DNA from: the human T2T-CHM13v2.0 reference genome, Homo sapiens
Assembly: GCF_009914755.1 (NCBI RefSeq)
Contig: NC_060936.1
Length of the DNA stretch: 64,000 nt
Direction: 5' to 3' (one strand)
Positions within the stretch are counted from its first letter, which is position 1, and each line of letters begins with the position of its first letter. Made by a program: the position numbers and the translations under genes. Shown piece by piece: positions 37,281 to 54,096 of this stretch. The notes beneath the pieces were generated by a model. That model did no database searches and was not told where the DNA came from. It was given only the letters and a program-made list of their open reading frames with translations.

Positions 37281-37833
37281 TGTCAGAGGTGTTTGAACCA
37301 GAGCACCTCCATCTTGAATAGGGGTTGGGTAAATGAAGGCTGAGACCTACTGGGCTGCATTCCCAGATGGTTACGCATTTTAAGTCACAGGATAAGATAG
37401 GAGGTCGGCCAAGATACAGATCATAAAGACCTTGCTGATAAAGCAGGTTGCAGTAAAGAAGCCAGCTATGAATCCACCAAAACCAAGATGGCGATGAGAG
37501 TGACCTCTGGTCATCCTCACTGCTACACTCCCACCAGTGCCGTTACAGTTTACAAATGCCATGGCAACTTCAGGAAGTTACCCTATATGGTCTAAAAAGG
37601 GAAGGCATGAATAATCCACCTCTTGTTTAGCACATCACCAAGAAATAACCATAAAAATGGGCAACCAGGAGCCCTTGGGGCTGCTCTGCCTATGGAGCAG
37701 CCATTCTTTTATTCCTTTACTTTCTTAATAAAGTTGCTTTCACATTACTCTATAGACTGGTCTTGAATTATTTCTTGCATGAAATCCAAAAACCCTCTCT
37801 TGGGGTCTGAATCAGGACACCTTTCTGGTAACA
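37281..37833 (+). mobile_element. MER41A-type solo LTR, 553 bp, TSD GAAC
   Basis: tgtcagaggtgtttgaaccagagc...ctttctggtaaca; gaac at 37277-37280 and 37834-37837. Confidence 0.88.
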
Positions 37834-38798
37834 GAACTATGCTATACAAGAGACACAACACCTCCAAGGCTGTCTACCCAACTGGCAATAGGGGAAAAAT
37901 GGGACCAACCTCTGGAAGAAAACAGCCCCATTAATATCTTTTAGGGCTCTGGGTCAATTGCGTCAACTTGGACATGTGATTTTCGAATTTCAGAGCAGAA
38001 TGACACCGTTTATTAATTCCTGGCTGACCCAGAAATTAGAATACTCAAGTTTGCAAGACCGGAACCTTCTCATCCAGTAGAATAGTTATATGAAAACTCA
38101 GTCATAATCAGAAGCCAGTGATTCATTTCCTTAGGTTTCAATGTGTGCAAGCAAATGTAGTGGCTTTCATAATGCACTAAAATTAGTCTCTAATTAATTG
38201 CTTCAGTATTCAAGGAGCGTTGGCCCAACCAAATTACATGTGCTCAAAGGTGGGTATTCTCAACTCTGATGCCCCACCATCCTTTTAAAAAATTCTGCAG
38301 GCTCACTGAGTTAATTGAGCTCTTAGGAATTCGGGGCAGAGCTAGAGTCCGTTCTGTATATTATCAAAGCTTTTTTCTCCTCTTCCCTGTAATTGACCAC
38401 CTTGGGGACACTTCCCTGTTAATTAGCACCTTTGCTAAATGGTGAATAGAAAAATGAGAACTGGTTAAAATAGAACATAAAGCCTTAAGCCAGGCCAATT
38501 TTGTTCACTATTAATGCTGTGTACATGAATTGGTGCAAAGAGACTTGAAAGATGACTGCAGCTCCAATTCATTGTGGAGTTTAAGGTGATTACACTCTCC
38601 AAATACCACCCCCAACCCACACCTTCTGTCTCCACTCCCTTCCATGGGTATTATTTAAGAAAAAGTCCAACAGGATCAGAACTGGAACTTAAAAGGATGC
38701 CCATGTTGACCAAATCAGTGGTTCCCAAAATACGTGCCACATGCCACCCCTGTGGTACCCAAGGGGCAATGTGGGCTACAGGGAAGACACTGACATAG

Positions 38799-39005
<207 letters not shown>

Positions 39006-39245
39006 TAGTAGAGATAGGATTATGCCATGTTGGCCAGGCTGATCTCGAACTCCTGACCTCAGGTGATCCACCTGCCTCAGCCTCCCACAGTGCTGGGATT
39101 ACAGGCATGAGACACCACACCAGCCCATATAGCAGAAATATTTAATCGTATTGTGAAAGAAAAATTACTTTTTAAGTTTACTTTCAATCCTTTCAATCCT
39201 TTTAAATTATATCCCAGTCTCACTTATGTGCTAATGAGTCCTTAA

Positions 39246-39359
<114 letters not shown>

Positions 39360-40045
39360 TGATCCTCCCACCTCAGCCTCCTGAGTAGCTGGGACCACAG
39401 GTGCATGCCTCCACACCCAGCTAATTTAAACATTTTTTGTAGAGACAGGGTTTTACCGTGTTGCCCAGCCTGGTCTCAAACTGCTGGCCTCGAGAGATAT
39501 TCCCACCTTGACCTTACCAAAGTGTTGGGATTATGGGCATGAGCCACCATGCCCAGCCAGCCTTCTTATCTCTTAAATACAGAGGCTCACTGCCTCTGCA
39601 AACCTCCGTCTAGTTACTTTTGCTGATATTTCTCTTTAAGAGTGCCTTCTATCTGTGACTTGCAATTAAGGTGTTTTCTTTTAAAGTAGAGTTATAAGCC
39701 TGGTTCAGCGGCTTACAACTGTAATCCCAGAATTTGGGGAGGCTGAGGAGGGAGGATTGCTTGAGTTCAGGAGTTCAAGGCTGCAGTAAGCTAGGAGAGC
39801 GCCACTGCACTCCAGCCTGCACGGTGATTAAAAGCAGTCAAGTTAAAGAAAAAGATGAAGGAAATGATAGTACGTACAGATGATAACCTGGATATGACGG
39901 AAATCAGGAGGATGATGTTCGAACTACTGAAATTTGCAAACGCTGCCTGAAATCAAAGTGCTATCTGTCCATTGCATTAAAACAAAACCCAAAACAGGGC
40001 ACAGGGAGTGGAAAGGGGTCAAAGTGGTCAACAAACAGCTCTTAC

Positions 40046-40119
40046 CATATAAACCACAGCAGCAAAGTTGTCCATCTAAAATGGGGTGTGAAAAGGTCCC
40101 TCATTTTGCCTCGGTCTTC
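40046..40119 (-). CDS. SVOP: SVOP coding exon
   Basis: 74 nt, phase 0-2; [24 protein letters not shown](W); |gtaaga donor. Confidence 0.97.
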
Positions 40120-41608
40120 CTGTTTCAAAACAAGGACATAGTGTTTATTCTCTCCCCTACAGATGCACGGGAGATGGGCTGGTGGCCTGAGACTAGTGCA
40201 CACCAGGCTGGGAGGAAGGTTTCTAGTAAGTAGGACACTGGAGCTCTGAGAACCCAGGTCTCAAATCTACAGGACGCAGCCTCCCAGCCCCTCCAGCCAG
40301 AACCCAGCCATGTCCAGGGGCATGATCCCCACAGGATGGATCTCACGCCCTCCAACCTGGAAACCTGGACTTGGGAAGCAGATCCCTCCTTCCTGGCCCC
40401 TCAGACCTCAGCACAGATCCAAGGACACAGCAAGCAGAAAACCAGTCCAAAGCATGTCCAGCCATTTCACACACACACATGTGCCTTCCCCAGTTCTAGG
40501 TCTAGGTGGCAACAGTTAATGTGCTGAGAAACTAATTCACCAAAGGCCAATTTACCAAAAGATTGATTAGCTAAATGACCGATTGGCCAATTTTACATAA
40601 TTCACAAATTTATCAAACTTTGCTTTACGATGTTCTTTAAAAAATATATGCTATGGCCAGGTGTGGTGGTTCGTGCCTGTAATCCCAGCACTTTGGGAGG
40701 CCGGGGCAGGTTGATCACTTGAAGCCAGGAGTTCGAGACCAGCCTGGCTTTCCCTCATCCATGGAAGGGATCTCTCCCCAAAGGCAACCAAATAGGCTTC
40801 TGCACCTCTTGAGGAATCCATCCTGCTCTGCCCCTGTAGATTTGGGGCAGGTCCCCTGGACTCTATGTTGTCAGACCAAACACCTCCTTCCAACTTGGTG
40901 AAATGCCATTCAGTTCTTCTTGCATAATATAAAAAGAATCAGAAATATAACTTTATTTTAAAAGGTAATTTCTTTATAGGATCTGATGTCTGCTTAAGGT
41001 ATTTGTCATGTTTCTTCAATCGGCTTGGATGGTTCTTGAGGGCAGGGACTGCAGCCTTAAATCCGAATCTTTTCTCCCCATGTGTGCAATGCTGGTGCCT
41101 ACATATACTAGGTGCTCATTAAGTTTCACCGTGGTGGACTCCCTGATGGTGTTACCAGCGGAGTGAGGCACCATTCATTAAGAACACCTACACAGGGTGC
41201 GGTTTGATCCCCTAGATCTAAGCACACTCCTTCCTGATATGGTTTTATTGCACAGCTTTTGCCAATCAGTCTCATTCGCTAGTCAGACTTCATCTGTGCT
41301 GAAAGGCGAAACCAAAGCAGGAGCAGTTACAGGACCCATTAGCAGAGGTTACTTTTCTCTAATCACTGGTGAAATTCTCCAGGAAGCATTTTTAGAACTT
41401 GGAAGTGAAAATACAGATTGGAGTTGCCAAATTACCCTTGCAGGTCCTGTCTACTGGGCCCTCATCTGCTCCATGTGCACGCACACACCCCACCTTGGGT
41501 ACACATACCCACATGTGTCCTCGCATGCATGCCCTACTCCATATGCACACACTCCCCTGCATGCACCCCGATACGCACATTGCAGAGTCTATTGGTCCAG
41601 GCACTGAC

Positions 41609-41737
41609 CTGTCTGGAGATGATGAGTTTCCCCAGCGGCATGGGAGCTCCGTTTTCAGTTGCTATCCTCTTTAAGGTGGCGATTGCCTTTTCCTGGTTCC
41701 CTGACAGCACATCATACCTTGCACTTTCAGGCAGCCA
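41609..41737 (-). CDS. SVOP: SVOP coding exon
   Basis: 129 nt, phase 0-0; [43 protein letters not shown] (MFS PES motif); |gtcagt donor. Confidence 0.97.
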
Positions 41738-43565
41738 CTGGGATGGGGGAGACAGGAAACACAGGCGTGGCTGGTTAGGGTGGAACAGAGCACTCGCTTC
41801 TAGCCACACAGTGTTGCATGTGGGGTCTTTAAGAGTGGGGGCTCTGGAGCCAGAGAGCTGACTTCAAATCCTGGCCCCACCATTTATTATGTTGGTTGTG
41901 TGACCCTGTACAATTACTTGACTTCTCTGTGCTTTCATTTCCTTCTCCATAAAATGTGAATGATAAGAGATCCTACCTCTTAGGGCTCTTAAGAGGATTA
42001 AACAGGATAATACAGGCAAGGTGCCTAGTGCAGTGCCTGGTATGGGTTAATGCAGTTATTATTATTGTCACGGTTGCTATTACTATTATTTGGGGCTGTT
42101 TTCAGAGTTCCAGGTGAGGGCTGAATTAAATTAAGATCACTGTCAGAAATCTCACCCCCATTGTTCAAGGAATTACACCTCACCTGTATTCAGCATCATC
42201 TTGCAAACTCAGTTCAAGAGAAAGAAAGAAATCAGAAAGATTTTTAGGCCAATGGAAGTCCCAACCCCAAATGACTACATACATACATTTCTGTAAAAAT
42301 GGAGCAACAGCTGTTTGAAACAGCAGGTATACTGGAGAAAAGACTAGGAGTTAGAAGATCTGATTTAGAGTTCTTTTGTCTACTTGCTGTAGGCCCTTTA
42401 ACAAGTCAATTAGCCCCTCTGGGCTTCAGTTTTCTCATCAATAAAAAGAGGATATAGCAGAGAGTGCAAATGCCCACCAACATTCTGTTTCCTTTTTCAT
42501 AGCGCAAAGTTGTCCTTAGATGTGGCTGCCCAGACAGGGACTACATTTCCCAGCTCCCTTTGCATCTAGGTGGGACCAAGTGACTTGTGTTCACCAATGG
42601 CATATGAGCAGACTATTCCTGGCCAAGGTATTTAAGAAGTGACTGTGCAGTCTCCACTTGCCTTTTGCAAGTCTGTTGTCTGTATGTAGAAGACTTCAAA
42701 GCCCTAGAGGATGGCAGAGCCACCAGCTGGACAAAAACTGGGCCCAGAATTCCACTTGCCAACCAGAAAAGTCATTCTGAACTATTGTGTTAGTGAGAGA
42801 GAAGCTCCTATCGTGCTGTTACTGAACTTGTGGGCTTTATTTGTTTCAGCAGCTGGTATCACCCTGACTAATATAGGGGTTCATTATAGTCCTGTGATTA
42901 TTGGGAGGAATAAATATGATAATGCATGGAGCACAGAGCCTGCCACACAGTTAAGCTTAATAATTATTAATACTTATTATCATTACCAGGAATTTTTGTG
43001 GTATTTACTGTACATGAGAACTACCCATCTCTAGGCTTATTTTAGTGCCTACTGGCTGTAAAGTGTTTCAAGCATGTGCCCATGAAATGATGAGTATGTG
43101 GCAAGATCTCAGTAGAGGGTGTGGTTTATGCACAGATGAGATGAAGAGATCATTTAAACTCCTGGAGCCAGCCATGCCTGAAGTCTGACTTAATCCTCTG
43201 AAATGTATTTATCCCTCTCTTTTACTCAAGCCAGTTTGAATTGGGTTTCTGTCATTTGAAACTTAAGAGTCTCAACTAGTGCAATACAATCACTTTAAGT
43301 GTAGATTTTGCAATGATGGGGCCAATGTATCCTCCCATCCCCAGTTATCTCCCCAGAAAACATCCCAGAAGTGTCTGTCTGGAGGAAATCTAACACTCCA
43401 TACTGGGGCTACCCCAGGCCATAGCTCCCTTGTCTCATTTCCTGATTTAAAAAAAATAATCTTGAAAGGTGGCTTTGGTATCCTTCCCTATCCCCTCCCC
43501 ACCAAAATAGAGTGGACAGTAAGATGTCAGACAGCAAAAGGTGAAATCTCTTAAAGGATACCTAC

Positions 43566-43691
43566 GAAACACAGCACGGCAAAGAGGAGGAGCGGGACAG
43601 CTGAGAGGATGAGCAGCCAACGCCAGCCCAGGCTGGGCATCACGAACACAGCCAGGACGACCTCGAACACTGTCCCGATGGCCCAGAATAC
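43566..43691 (-). CDS. SVOP: SVOP coding exon
   Basis: 126 nt, phase 0-0; [42 protein letters not shown]; |gtaggt donor. Confidence 0.97.
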
Positions 43692-44284
43692 CTGGCACAG
43701 GAGAATCAGGGTCAGTGGTGGGGGTAGCATGGTCCATACAGAGAGGAATTATGGGGGCATTGTGGACAAGGGTATCTCTGTGGGTAAGGGGTCATCGGAG
43801 TCAGTAAGGTTAGAATAGCCACACTTTCCCTGTGGTCTATATGGTTGGGCCAGGGCTGCCATGTTGCCCAGCTCACAAGGGTACCATTATACACTGTATA
43901 ATATTTGCATGGCACCTGCTGGAGCTGAGCAATGTGGCAGCTTTGGTTAAGGAGATCAATGTGACCAATATTACGTGATGTCAAATTGGTAGTGAACACA
44001 CTGGTTCTCTCTCTGTCTCTCTGTCTTTTTGTCTTGCTCTGTCACCCAGGCTGGAGTACAGTGTCCCGATCATGGCTCACTGTAGCCTTAACCTCCCAGG
44101 CTCAAGCAATCCTCCCACCTCAGCCTCCTGAGTGGCTGGAACTACAGGCACATGCCACCATGCCTGGCTAATTTCTTTTGTATTTTTAGTGGAGACAGGG
44201 TTTCACTATGTTTCCCAGGCCTCCTGGGCTCCTCGGCCTCCCAAAGCGCTGGGATTACAGGCATGAGCCACCAGACCCAGCCTC

Positions 44285-45100
<816 letters not shown>

Positions 45101-46097
45101 TGGACACATTGATTTTGCTCACTGACATCCATCTCCCTTGCCCAATGGTGCCCCAGAATTCCTCATCAGAATTGCCACTTCTCGATGGGGCTGAATATCT
45201 TCAATTTGCCTGTCCAAGTCACTCTCCATCCTTTTCCACTTTTGTATGGGTTCCATCAACAGGCTCCCTGTCCTAGCGCTTCCCACTGGGTGCAGCCAAT
45301 GTGGAGCCCTGCAGGAGATGGAAGCGGAGGGAGGAAAAAGAGACTGAAGCACTTACTCCCCTGGCTCCCTCCCTGCAGAGCAGTCGTGGCTGGCTGCATC
45401 TGTCAGCTGAGGGTCCTAGCTCCTGTCCAGCAGCCTTCATCATACAACTCTCTGGGCAGCTCATTAATCCCTCTCTTTGCCCCTTCTGGCCTGGGGTGGT
45501 AACACCCTGGCAGGGACTTTATAAATAGTCCATTATTTATTTATTTGTTTGTTGTTGTTGTTTTGAGACGGAGTCTCACTCTGTTGCCCAGGCTGGAGTT
45601 CAGTGGTGCAATCTCGGCTCAGTGCAACCTCTGCCTCCCAGGCTCAAGCAATTATCGTGCCTCAGCCTCCTGAGTAGCTGGGATTACAGGTGTGTGCCAC
45701 CACACCTGGTTAATTTTTTTTGTAGAGATGGAGTTTTGCCATGTTGGCTACGCTGTTCTCAAACTCCTGACCTCAAGCAATCTGCCCACCTTGGCCTCTC
45801 AAAGTGCTGGGATTATAGGTGTGAGCCACTGTGCCCGGCCAATAGTCCCTTTATTAAACCATCTGCAGTGATCCTAATTTTAGAAGCTGTTTCCTACTGG
45901 GACCCTGACTCTACAACTACAGTCCATTCCAAAACCTGGCCCTCCAGCCTCCCTATTTGTTCTGGAGCCCCCAAGAACCTTCCAAAGTCCCCTTTTGCTT
46001 AAGTGAATCACAGTCGATTTCTGTTGCTGGCAATCAGAAGTGACAGAAAAATGTCTAACAACAAGTAATGCACTGATTAATAAGAATGGACACCAGT

Positions 46098-46396
46098 AGC
46101 CGGGCGCAGTGGCTCACACCTGTAATCCCAGCACTTTGGGAGGCCGAGGTGGGTGGCTCATGAGGTCAGGAGTTCAAGATCAGCCTGGCCAAGATTGTAA
46201 AACTTGTCTCTACTAAAAATACAAAAAAAAATTAGCCAGGCGTGGTGGTGGGCACCTGTAATCCCAGCTACTCAGGAGGCCGAGGCAGAGAATTGCTTAA
46301 ACCTGGGAGGCGGAGGATGCAGAGAGCCAAGATCGCGCCACTGCACTCCAGCCTGGGCAACAGAGAGAAACTCTGTCTCACAAAAAAAAAAAAAAG
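46098..46396 (+). mobile_element. Alu with TSD aagaatggacaccagt
   Basis: 16-bp direct repeat on both sides. Confidence 0.93.
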
Positions 46397-46543
46397 AATG
46401 GACACCAGTTATACAGGTCCATACCACCTGCACTGGGCCAAGATTTAACTCTTTAGTTGCTGAATCCTGGGAAGCCCTGAGAGAGGACAGAGTGTCAGGC
46501 AAGGGAATGAAGGGCAGTCAGAGTTCAAGATCAGCTGGTCTAG

Positions 46544-46816
<273 letters not shown>

Positions 46817-47880
46817 TGACTAACTTTTTGTATTTTTTGGTAGAGATGGGGTTTCACCGTGTTGGCCAGGCTGGTCGAGAACCCCTGACCTCAGGTGATC
46901 CAAACGCCCCGGCCTCCCAAAGTACGGGATTATGGGCATGAGCCACTGCGCCTGGCCTTTTTTTTTTTTTTAATAGATGGGGTCTTGCTCTGCCACTCAG
47001 GCTGGAGTGCAGTGATGTGATCACAGCTCACTGCAGCCTCAAACTCCTGGCCTCAAGTGATCCTCTTGCCTTGGCCTCCCAAAGTCCCAGATGCATTTCA
47101 ATATTTAAACAACGGATTCATCCACATCAGTGTGGATCAGTGGAGCATCACCCTAATTGGTAAGAAGCAGATGTAGTCAGAATGTTGGGCTGTGGGATCA
47201 ATGCGATTAACATTGTCAGTGTGGTTAAAATGATTGGGGACATCAGAGTGGGTTCATAGTCATCACTGTTGGAATCAATGTCCAGCATGAGCAAATAAAC
47301 CATTCTGCCACTGTGTGGAGGGGGCCATTGGGCAGCTGCATGAAGTGGGGAGTCATGGAGCCATTGTATTTGCTCTGAGATCTTTCAGACCATGGTTAGA
47401 AAATGGGTCACAAGACCCTGGAAGAAAAACTTGACAGGAACTAGCTGGACCACGAAAGTTTTAAGGCAGCCTATAGGCCACAGAAATGGTCAAGAATGGA
47501 AATTCTTGACCAAAAAGACAGGTGGTGGGTGATGATATGAGTGTGGGCCAGAGTTCGGTCTACTCACACCACACCATTCAACATCAGCTCTCAGATACAA
47601 GCTATTTCCCGTTCAAGAAAAACATACCCTTCCATACCCTTGCCGACACTTCTTTTTTTGAGGGACGATAGATTGAATGTTTTTGTCAATTGAAGAATTT
47701 GTCCTTATTGCAAAACGGGCATGTCAGAAATGATGTAACTGATCCTTTTACGTCTTTGCATATTGAGTCTGTAATGTTTTTTTCTTAAACTCCCTTTTCC
47801 TTGACCTGTGGTTCAAGACATCTGAGAACCTCCTGCTGGAATCCACATGCTCTAGAGACCCAGGCCGCTCTCCTCCTTAC

Positions 47881-47944
47881 CTCAATCAGCAAAATACATT
47901 TAGCTCTGGCTTTCATGGGAAGGAACTCGGCATACAGCGTCACC
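47881..47944 (-). CDS. SVOP: SVOP coding exon
   Basis: 64 nt, phase 2-0; [21 protein letters not shown]; cag| acceptor, |gtaagg donor. Confidence 0.97.
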
Positions 47945-48351
47945 CTGGGAATGTAAAAGGGAAAGAAAGGGAGTTAAGATCAGAACTGGGTGGGAAAATG
48001 GCTACCGTTTTCTGAATTTGCAGCTGACATTCCTCCAAGGGTGGTCAGTGAACCACTTACATCAGAATTTCCTGAGATGATGTTGGTTAAATATACAGAT
48101 CTCTAGCTCCCTCCCTTCCTAGACCTTCAGAAACAGACTCCAAGGGATGAGGCCCTGGCATCTGCATTTTTATTTTATTGTATTTATTTATTTATTTATG
48201 AGTCTCAGTCTGTCACCCAGGCTGAAGTGCAATCATAGCTCACTGCACAACCTTGAACTCCTGGGCTCAAGTGATCCTCCTGCCTCAGCCTCCAGAGTAG
48301 CTAAGACTACAGGCATGCACCACCACTCCTGGCTAATTATTATTATTATGA

Positions 48352-48477
<126 letters not shown>

Positions 48478-49454
48478 TAACTCCCCAAGTGATTCTCAAA
48501 TTTCCTAACTGCTGCCATTGAGCCCTACCCATAATCCAATAAGTCCAGGGAAAAATGTTTTCTTGGCAGGAACACCTCAACCTGAGCCCTTCTCAGCACA
48601 CAATGTCAATCTGTCCCATCACTGGTGACATTAATTTTCATCACCTGATCAAGCTGGTGATGGAGATTACCAGCTTGGTAATCTGGTCTAACAGATTTCT
48701 CCACCCTAAGTTATAATTTTCCATTTGTGATTAAGAATATTTCCCCTTTGTGGGGAAGTATTCAGATTATGCCAATATCCTGTTCCCCATAGAACCTCTA
48801 CCCACCAGCTTTTAGCCATTGACTATCTCTATCTAAGTCATCTACCACTGTGATGGTAACAAATGGTTGTTTTTGTTTGTTTTGTTTTTTGAGACAGGGT
48901 GTCACCCTATCCCCAGGCTTGAGTGCATGGTGTGATCATGGCTCACTGCAGCTTCAACCTTCCAGGCTCAAGCCATCCTCTTACCAGCCTCCAAGACTAC
49001 AAGTGCTAGGATTATAGGCACACACCACCACGCCTGGCCAATTTTTTTTTTTTTAATTGTGGAGATGAGGTCTCACTATGTTGTTCATGCTGGTCTCAAA
49101 CTCCTGGGCTCAAGCAATCCTCCTGCCTTGACTTCCCAAAGCGCTAGGATTACAGGCATGAGCCACTGTGCCTAGCCCCGCAAATGGTATTTTTTATTTT
49201 TATCATTCCTTCTATATTTATTAGTTGACATTCAACTGTAAGAAAGAGATTTTCCTTCTTCCCCTCATCGTATCTGTCTATCCATTTAATCAGTATAGAC
49301 TTGTGGAGTCCTATTTATACAATGGGTCGAAGCCTGTTACTATTTTGATGCTTAGAAGAGCTTTTTCCTCCTCCCCTTTGTCTATCTTATCTTCTATCTA
49401 TCTATCTATCCATTTAATCAATAAGGACTGGAGGATTCCAATTTTATTCCATGA

Positions 49455-49631
<177 letters not shown>

Positions 49632-52029
49632 TGAGATTACAGTTGCCTGCCACCATGCCTGGTTAATTTTTGTATTTTTTGGTAGAGACGGGGTTTCACC
49701 ATGTTGCCCAGGCTGGTCTCAAATTCCTGACCTCAAGTGATCTGCCTGCCTCAGCCTCCTAAAGTCCTGGAATTACAGGTGTGAGCCACCATGCCCGGCC
49801 TGCAACCTGTTATTATTTTGATGCTCAGACTGTCCCAGATCTGCCCAGTGGGAGCCCCTTCAAGCTGATTCCTATTGTCTTTTTGGCATGCCTCCATCAT
49901 TCCTTGAGGTCTTCCCTATTTTCTAGCACAAGATATTCAGCTCATCTTATAGTTCCCTTGCCCCAGCCCTGGAGTCTGTCATCACCTTTCTAAGAAGCCC
50001 TGGTTCCCTTTGGCAGAAGATGGTATTTAGAAACCAAGATCTCTGTGCTCAGTGTGCTCATTGCTCCTGGGGTGTCACTGCTGCTGGGCCTCTTGGTGGA
50101 CACAGCTAAGAGATTATCTGTCTGTCTATCTATCTATCTCTATCTTACTTCTCTCCCTCTCTCTTCACACACTCACCATATCTATATCTATCTGTGTATA
50201 TTTATTTAAAAACGAGTTCATACTGATACATTCCATTTCAGTTCATCACCTTAGGGTTCATTCTAAACTTCCCCACTTCCATGTTGCAATTCCCTTCTCC
50301 AATAATGGGAAATTTGGTCTCATTATCCTCAATATGGCTATGTCTTTGCTCAATTTACTTGTTTGCTTAATGTAACCAGCATCCCAACTGCACTGGCTGC
50401 CTCTGTCTGCTGCTTCCACACTTTCCTCCTTTTCACTTCCTCAGACTTGGGGCATGCTGGACAGGGAAGGGAACTTTTAAACCAGGCCCTGCTCCCACCT
50501 ATCCCATGTTGCCTTCAATTTTGCTAGAAAGAGGAGGCCTTCTTTTCTCTCATATCTCCCACCTAAGGCAGGCATCTGAGCTACTAAATGGCCTCATGTT
50601 ACTCTCCTAGCTCCTCTTAAGGGGTGGGGGTTGGGGGATAAAGGGAAGTTAATTTCCTTTAACCTTGTGAAGGCAGATGGTGCTGGGGACACATTTAGAT
50701 CTCCTAGGATCCCTTTACTAGGTCTGTGTGCCCACCTTGCACTTCTGCTAATGGCTCATACCTGCAACCTTCTCTTAGGGATACTCTTGAGCAACTGAAG
50801 CTGCATCACCCCAGAGGTACCTAGGAGTTATGCCCATCTCCCCAGGGCAGGCTGCAGACTGGCATGTACGTGTATAAAAGGCCCATCCCCTGGCATTGGG
50901 GGAGGGGTGGGGGTCAGATCCTGTGGAGCAATGAACACTCCCTTAGCTCCCTGTGTGCTCAGGTGAGTCCAGAAGAAACCACATCCTTGTGAACTTCTTC
51001 CCTGTATCTTTCTCTTAGCATCTTTCACTCTTACAGCTTCCTCCCAAGAGCACTCTCAATAAATCACTTATAGAGGAATCTCTGCCCCCAGTTCTGTCTG
51101 CTTCTATGCAACCCAATCAATGGGTTTCCTTACAGAGCATTTCACTTTTCAAAAGGGGGCCTCAGCAATACCACTGAGATTTAGACAAAGTTCTATCATC
51201 AGTAAAAGTCCTACCACCATTTTCATATCTACATCTATCAACAACAGAGAAGTTGTTACTTGACCAGGATTGCACAGCTAGTAAGTTAGTAAGCAGAAGA
51301 GCCAACATTTTAAACTAGGTTTGTCTATATCATGCAGCCCATGAATCACTTCCCTGTTGGGACAGTTTCACAGTTATAAACAACACTTCCTTAAACATCT
51401 TTAGGCTGAAGTCTTTGTCTTCACATTGTTTCCTTAGGACAGATCCCCCTAAGTAGAATTTGAGTCAGAGGGTATGCCTGTTTTTATGATTTGAGATATA
51501 TATATACTACCAAAGTGGTTCTCCAAAAAGTTGTTCCAATTTATATTCCTTTCAGTACCTCACTCAACAAAAACCATGGGGAATTTCATAACTAAACCCT
51601 GATAATAGAAACCAAGATTATAGTGGTTGCTAAAGATTGCAACAATTATCATGGATGACTTTTATATTTTATTCTGTTTTCCGAATGGTATGCTTATATT
51701 ATTTTTAAAAATCAATAATAATACCATGTTTACCTTTCCTTTACCAAATCGAAGTCAAACTACTAATCATGCAAAAATGTGCAGCAGGATATTCTAAGGG
51801 CAAAGCTATTTCTGTCCTTAGAGATCGAGGATTTGTTTTTACAACAAACCTATAACGTATATCATGAAGTCTTTTCATTCTGTTTTTTTGTTTAGTTATA
51901 GAGTATTATATGAATGCAATCTCATTGTAAAATAATTTAGCAATACATAAGCATGCAGAGTATATGATGATTCTTCCTCTCCCTATGACCCCAACTCCCA
52001 TTCCTCTCCCCCAAAGCCATAACTACTAA

Positions 52030-52351
<322 letters not shown>

Positions 52352-54096
52352 TGCAATCTTTCAGCCTCTTTTCTATGAAAAAAATAAATACATAAATTTA
52401 ACTAACATGCTATTTCTTTCTTTTTCCCTTCTCTTTCCTTCCCTCTCTCCTACCTTTTCCTCCCTCCCTTACTTCTTTCCTTCTTTTTTTTTTTCTTAAC
52501 ATACACAGCACACTGTCAGCGTTCCACCCAAACATCCCCATTCTTAGCATGTCCACGCATGCCAGTCCACCTTCTAACTGCCAGTACCTGTGACCCTTTC
52601 CAGAGAACTTTCTCTGGTCAGTAAAGCTTGGCTGGCCAGCCTTTGTGGCAGGCCAGAAGTGCCGAAGAATTTAAACTTCCCGGGAGTAGCCCTCACTGGA
52701 CAGTTCCCTCATCCTTGAAGTGGGACCATTTGGAGGACCTGCGGCTGAGTCTCCCAGAGGAAACTTCTTGCTCTTAAATTTCTGTGTTAGGTTCCGCTTC
52801 AGTAAGACAATATGGAAATCTTTTCATGTTAATAGAGGTAGATCTACAGCTTTATTTATTTTTGAGACAGGGTTTTGTTCTGTCACCCAGGCTGGAGTGT
52901 AATGGTGCAATCATAGCTCACTGCAGCCTTGAGCTCCTGGGCTCAAAGATTCTCCTGCCTCAGGCTCCCAAGTAGCTGGGATGACAGGCATGCACCAACA
53001 TGCCCAGCTAATTTTTCTTTTTCTTTCTTTTTTTTTTTTTTGTAGACATGGAGTCTCACTATTTTGTCCAGGCTGGTCTCACACTCCTGGGCTCAAGCAA
53101 TCCTCCTGCATTTGCCTCCCAAAGTGCTGGAACTACAGGCATGAGCCACCATGCCTGGCCAAGAATTACTCTTTTTTTCTTTTGAGACAGCGTCTCATTC
53201 TGTCACCCAGGCTGGAGTGCAGTGGCACGATAATGGCTTACTGCAGCCTTGACCTCCTGGGGTAGATGATCCTCCCACCTCAGCGTCCTGAGTAGCTGGG
53301 ACTACAGGTGTGCACCACCACACTTGGCTAATTTTTGTATTTTTTGTAGAGACAAGGTTTCACCATGTTGCCCAGGCTGGTCTTGAATGCCTGAGTCAAG
53401 CGATCCACCTGCTTCAGCTTCCTTCTGAAGTGCTGGGATTGCAGGCATGAGCCACCATGCCCAGCTGAGCATTATTCTTAGCAGCTGCATAGTCTTCCTC
53501 ACCTCGGTAGTATCATCATTTATTTAACTGCCCCCTAATTATGAATGCTTAGGTTGTGTTCAATTTCTTGCTTTTGCCACCTGTGCCACAAGAAACATCT
53601 TTTCCTATAATTGTTGTGCCCCATATTTGGCCATTATTTACAGCAGTTCATTATGAAAGCAAGCTACTTGATCTTTATCCAAAGTATGGCAATTATTATA
53701 ATCAGACTGAAAAATAAAAGAATGAGCAATGAAATTAGCAATGCCAAGAATCAGCTGATTCTGGCATAAATAAATTCCCACTGCAAATAATCACATTTAC
53801 AGCACTGGGCAATTAGAGGCTTGCCATTTGGATCACGTGTTTGGAAAGCAAGAACCTGTGATCTCAGCCTGGCATTTTTGCCTGGTCTTTGGAGGAACGA
53901 GGACAGGCTTTGTGTATAAGCTCATTGTAGACACCAATTTGAAGATCATTCTGAGGCAGGTTTCAAGGTAGAACAGCTGGGCAGCTACCTGAGGTACTGT
54001 CTTTAAGAGCAGCTAAAACACAAGTAGGGCGTGGGTTACCTTACTCCAGGTTTCCCACCGCAGCCGCTTACATAAATGGTGTTTGGCTGCGGTGCA

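Noticed and set aside
37281-37833. MER41 as an interferon-gamma/STAT1 enhancer
   Set aside because: This copy lacks the segment with tandem TTCNNNGAA sites found in MER41B (reads aaaagggaaggcatgaataatcc), i.e. MER41A-type
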